From contig JBJCIZ010000028.1 in NCBI GenBank assembly GCA_051294375.1, positions 1,963,053-2,027,052 on the forward strand: a DNA stretch of 64,000 nt, read 5' to 3'. This document shows positions 61,427 through 64,000 of this stretch, piece after piece (the first letter of the stretch is position 1; every line of letters begins with the position of its first letter). The translations under genes and the position numbers were made by a program. The DNA is from Paraspadella gotoi. Its lineage: Eukaryota > Animalia > Chaetognatha. The notes below the pieces were generated by a model. That model was not told the origin of the DNA. It saw only the letters and a list, made by a program, of their open reading frames with translations, and made no database searches.

Positions 61427-64000
61427 GTTACAGGCCTGATCCGAAGCTCAGGGACTGCTTATATTGAACGGTTTCGTCACACAAACACATAACAATAATA
61501 CTGTCTCTTCGAAAATCAATGACTCAATCCTGAAGAAGAAGACTTATATCGCCAACGGTAATGTTTATTGAGGGCAAAAAGTCCCTGGCCGGAATAGGTA
61601 ATTAGAAAAGAAGGAAGTTAGTAGCAGCTCTGAGAACGCGGAGAGTGTACTGGCAAGGAACGGATCCTCTGGAGAGGAGTCGGGCGAAGAGAGAGGATTG
61701 AGATCGAGTGCCCTCCTTCTTGGAGTAAAAAGAAATGTCACACTTGGTGACCTACGATGTCACTGAGTGGCATCGGTGTGGAACTAAGGGGCTGCCGTGA
61801 CAAGGTTAAATAAACAACCCTAAACCTCCGGAGACTCTGGGAATAGGAGCTCTTTGACCTGGACATTACAGAGGCACATTGACTGGGGGATGGTAATCTA
61901 TGCGCGTGTAAATAGTAATAATAAGGAATAATTGTAACGCCTGATGACATTGAAAAAGTAAAAAAAAATAAAAGAAATTTCATATACTCATCAGCCTGAT
62001 AAAAAAAAAAATCTCTAAATACTAAGTAAATGAACTTTGTGCATTAAGCTGATGTGAAAAAACTATTTTACAGAAATTTAAAGGAATTATTTTGGATGTT
62101 AATGGAAACACCCAAGTGAGGACAAAATTATATGGAAATTAGAAAAAATGCTCGCGTATGTCAAGAGTACAACAAATTATAAAATAATATTATTCAATCA
62201 GCTCTAGTAACAAAAACTCAAATTAAAGGACTGATGTAAAAAAAAAATTTAACTAAATATTAAAAGAATCACTGTAGAGAAAATGGCAATCAGCTAGTAG
62301 CCGCCAAAATACAATGATAAAACTTTAATAATAATGTGGACGTTTGGAAAAATAAAAACAAAAATACAAAGAACGTCCATTATTAATCAGCATTTCTAAA
62401 AAAACAGTTAATGATTCCCCATACTTATAAAGCTGTTTGTTGAATTCAACGCAAATATAATCATCAGCGGTTAAAAAGCAAAACGGATGATAATAAAATT
62501 TAAAAAAAAAAAGCTAGCTATTACATTTTTTATTCTTTTTCTTTTTTTTAATTTGTTCTAGGGTTGTGGGCAGAGAGGTTGATAAACTATTAAGCTATAT
62601 TCCGCGCGCACAAAAGGCTAATGCTTAGCAAGGCACCTCCACCTTTATGGCGGCAGTTTTTGTAGCTGACATGCAAAACAAACCAATACAGTGCAATGGG
62701 GACACAAAATTTTCAAACCAAGAACGATTTGGAGGCATCAGAGGGGATCTTTGTCTTTGTGAAGCAGCTGCGTGGCCTCGGCAGATGATGGCAGATGCGA
62801 AGGAGAGAGTCCAGGGCAAAATCTTTCCATTTAACAACAAAAAACAATTACAAAAAACAAAAGCAGTACTCTCAAAGGGAAAAGCATAAAGAATAAGATA
62901 AAATGGAACTTATCTAAACCCAGAAAGGCCGGTTAGCAGCATTGCCAAAACCTAGAGCAGACGTAAAAGGCAAAACTTGTCATTTCATCTCTCAAGTATG
63001 AGAATTCCATCTCAATTTCCATATTTCCAAGTTACACTCGCTTCTGAATCCACTTTTCAGGCAAATGATAATTCTAAGGAAACTATTCATAGCACTGATT
63101 TTAATGAAGGAATGGAGGCATTTTCTCCCTCATAGGGTAAATATTGAACAAATTTTCAAAAATCGAAATTCACTTCGAGTTCATGGAGGCTTAATGGACT
63201 CATTCAATGTATCATTGAAAAAGTGAGGGCTTTTTGCCCTTCATGAATCAATTGAATGTACGCCTACCAAAATTCTGTGTTTGGCGTGTCTTTCTCATGA
63301 ACAGATAAAAGTGAATGTCGGCTGGCACTGTTGCGAAGCGTCCCGCATTGGCCGGTCGCAATGGTCACACGAAGCAAGATTCAGGAGCCCTCTGACCTAC
63401 ATTTGTCTTGCGAAAAACTATTGCTGAAAGTGTGCCTTTTATGTTCGTATTCTATTTTGATGGAGGAGTAGCATGCACACGGCCATTTCTTTCCAGGCGG
63501 TTTGGTTTCCAGAGGGCAATCACCTGGTCTCCCAGTAGTTACCGCATGCAAAAGGGCTTGCTCTGCTCTCTTCTTATTGTTCCTGAATGTGAATGCCTAA
63601 CAGATCTGAAAATTTCAAGTGAAACTTAAATTCTTGAAAAGCCCTCCACATCTTCTCACTTTTCTACAATTTTGCTGCAACTCCAGGTGGGGCATTAGTG
63701 TAGACTCCATCAATTCCTTTATCATTTCGTTAACAAACATAATCCAACAACATAATAGCATCTCATTCATCTATTCTTGTCGCTCTGGATTTGCTAAGCC
63801 TGGTACAGCTATCGTCTGCACTGGCATCTCAAAAGTTCTTATATGAATTTGANNNNNNNNNNNNNNNNNNNNNNNNNATCAATGACTCAATCCTTTGTGA
63901 CGAGTGTTTCCATACCAATATAAATATCTATAACTGTATGTAGTACGTGGAACTATGGAAAACGATTATAAATTTTGGAAAGGAAACAAATTTTACCACG

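Noticed and set aside
61500-63850. Coding-like stretch with short ORFs, possibly a decayed transposon gene
   Set aside because: No long open frame and no recognisable motif; it would need a translated homology search to call.

Overview
This window is AT-rich, (GA)n-microsatellite-rich eukaryotic DNA with GT-AG introns, probably from an invertebrate animal. The draft assembly is gappy and indel-prone, with many N gaps and fold-back duplications that look like long-read or whole-genome-amplification chimeras. The main gene is a multi-exon SLC1 (EAAT/ASCT-family) amino-acid transporter on the + strand (~24.5-53.8 kb). It lacks the TM8 Arg and TM7 Glu that define glutamate/H+-coupled EAATs. Four of its exons are followed by intronic copies of their own 3' ends, three of them including the splice donor. 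Its 10.9-kb intron holds an antisense, unusually long XK/Xkr scramblase-like gene, whose own intron holds an LTR-like element. Downstream is a STAND-type P-loop NTPase exon, followed by indel-broken coding sequence ending in Kelch repeats, a candidate NLR-like NTPase-Kelch gene. The rest is minisatellites, MITE/hAT/foldback/Helitron-like repeats and probable assembly artefacts. No rRNA, tRNA or CRISPR array is supported. All family assignments come from motif recognition by eye, not database searches.
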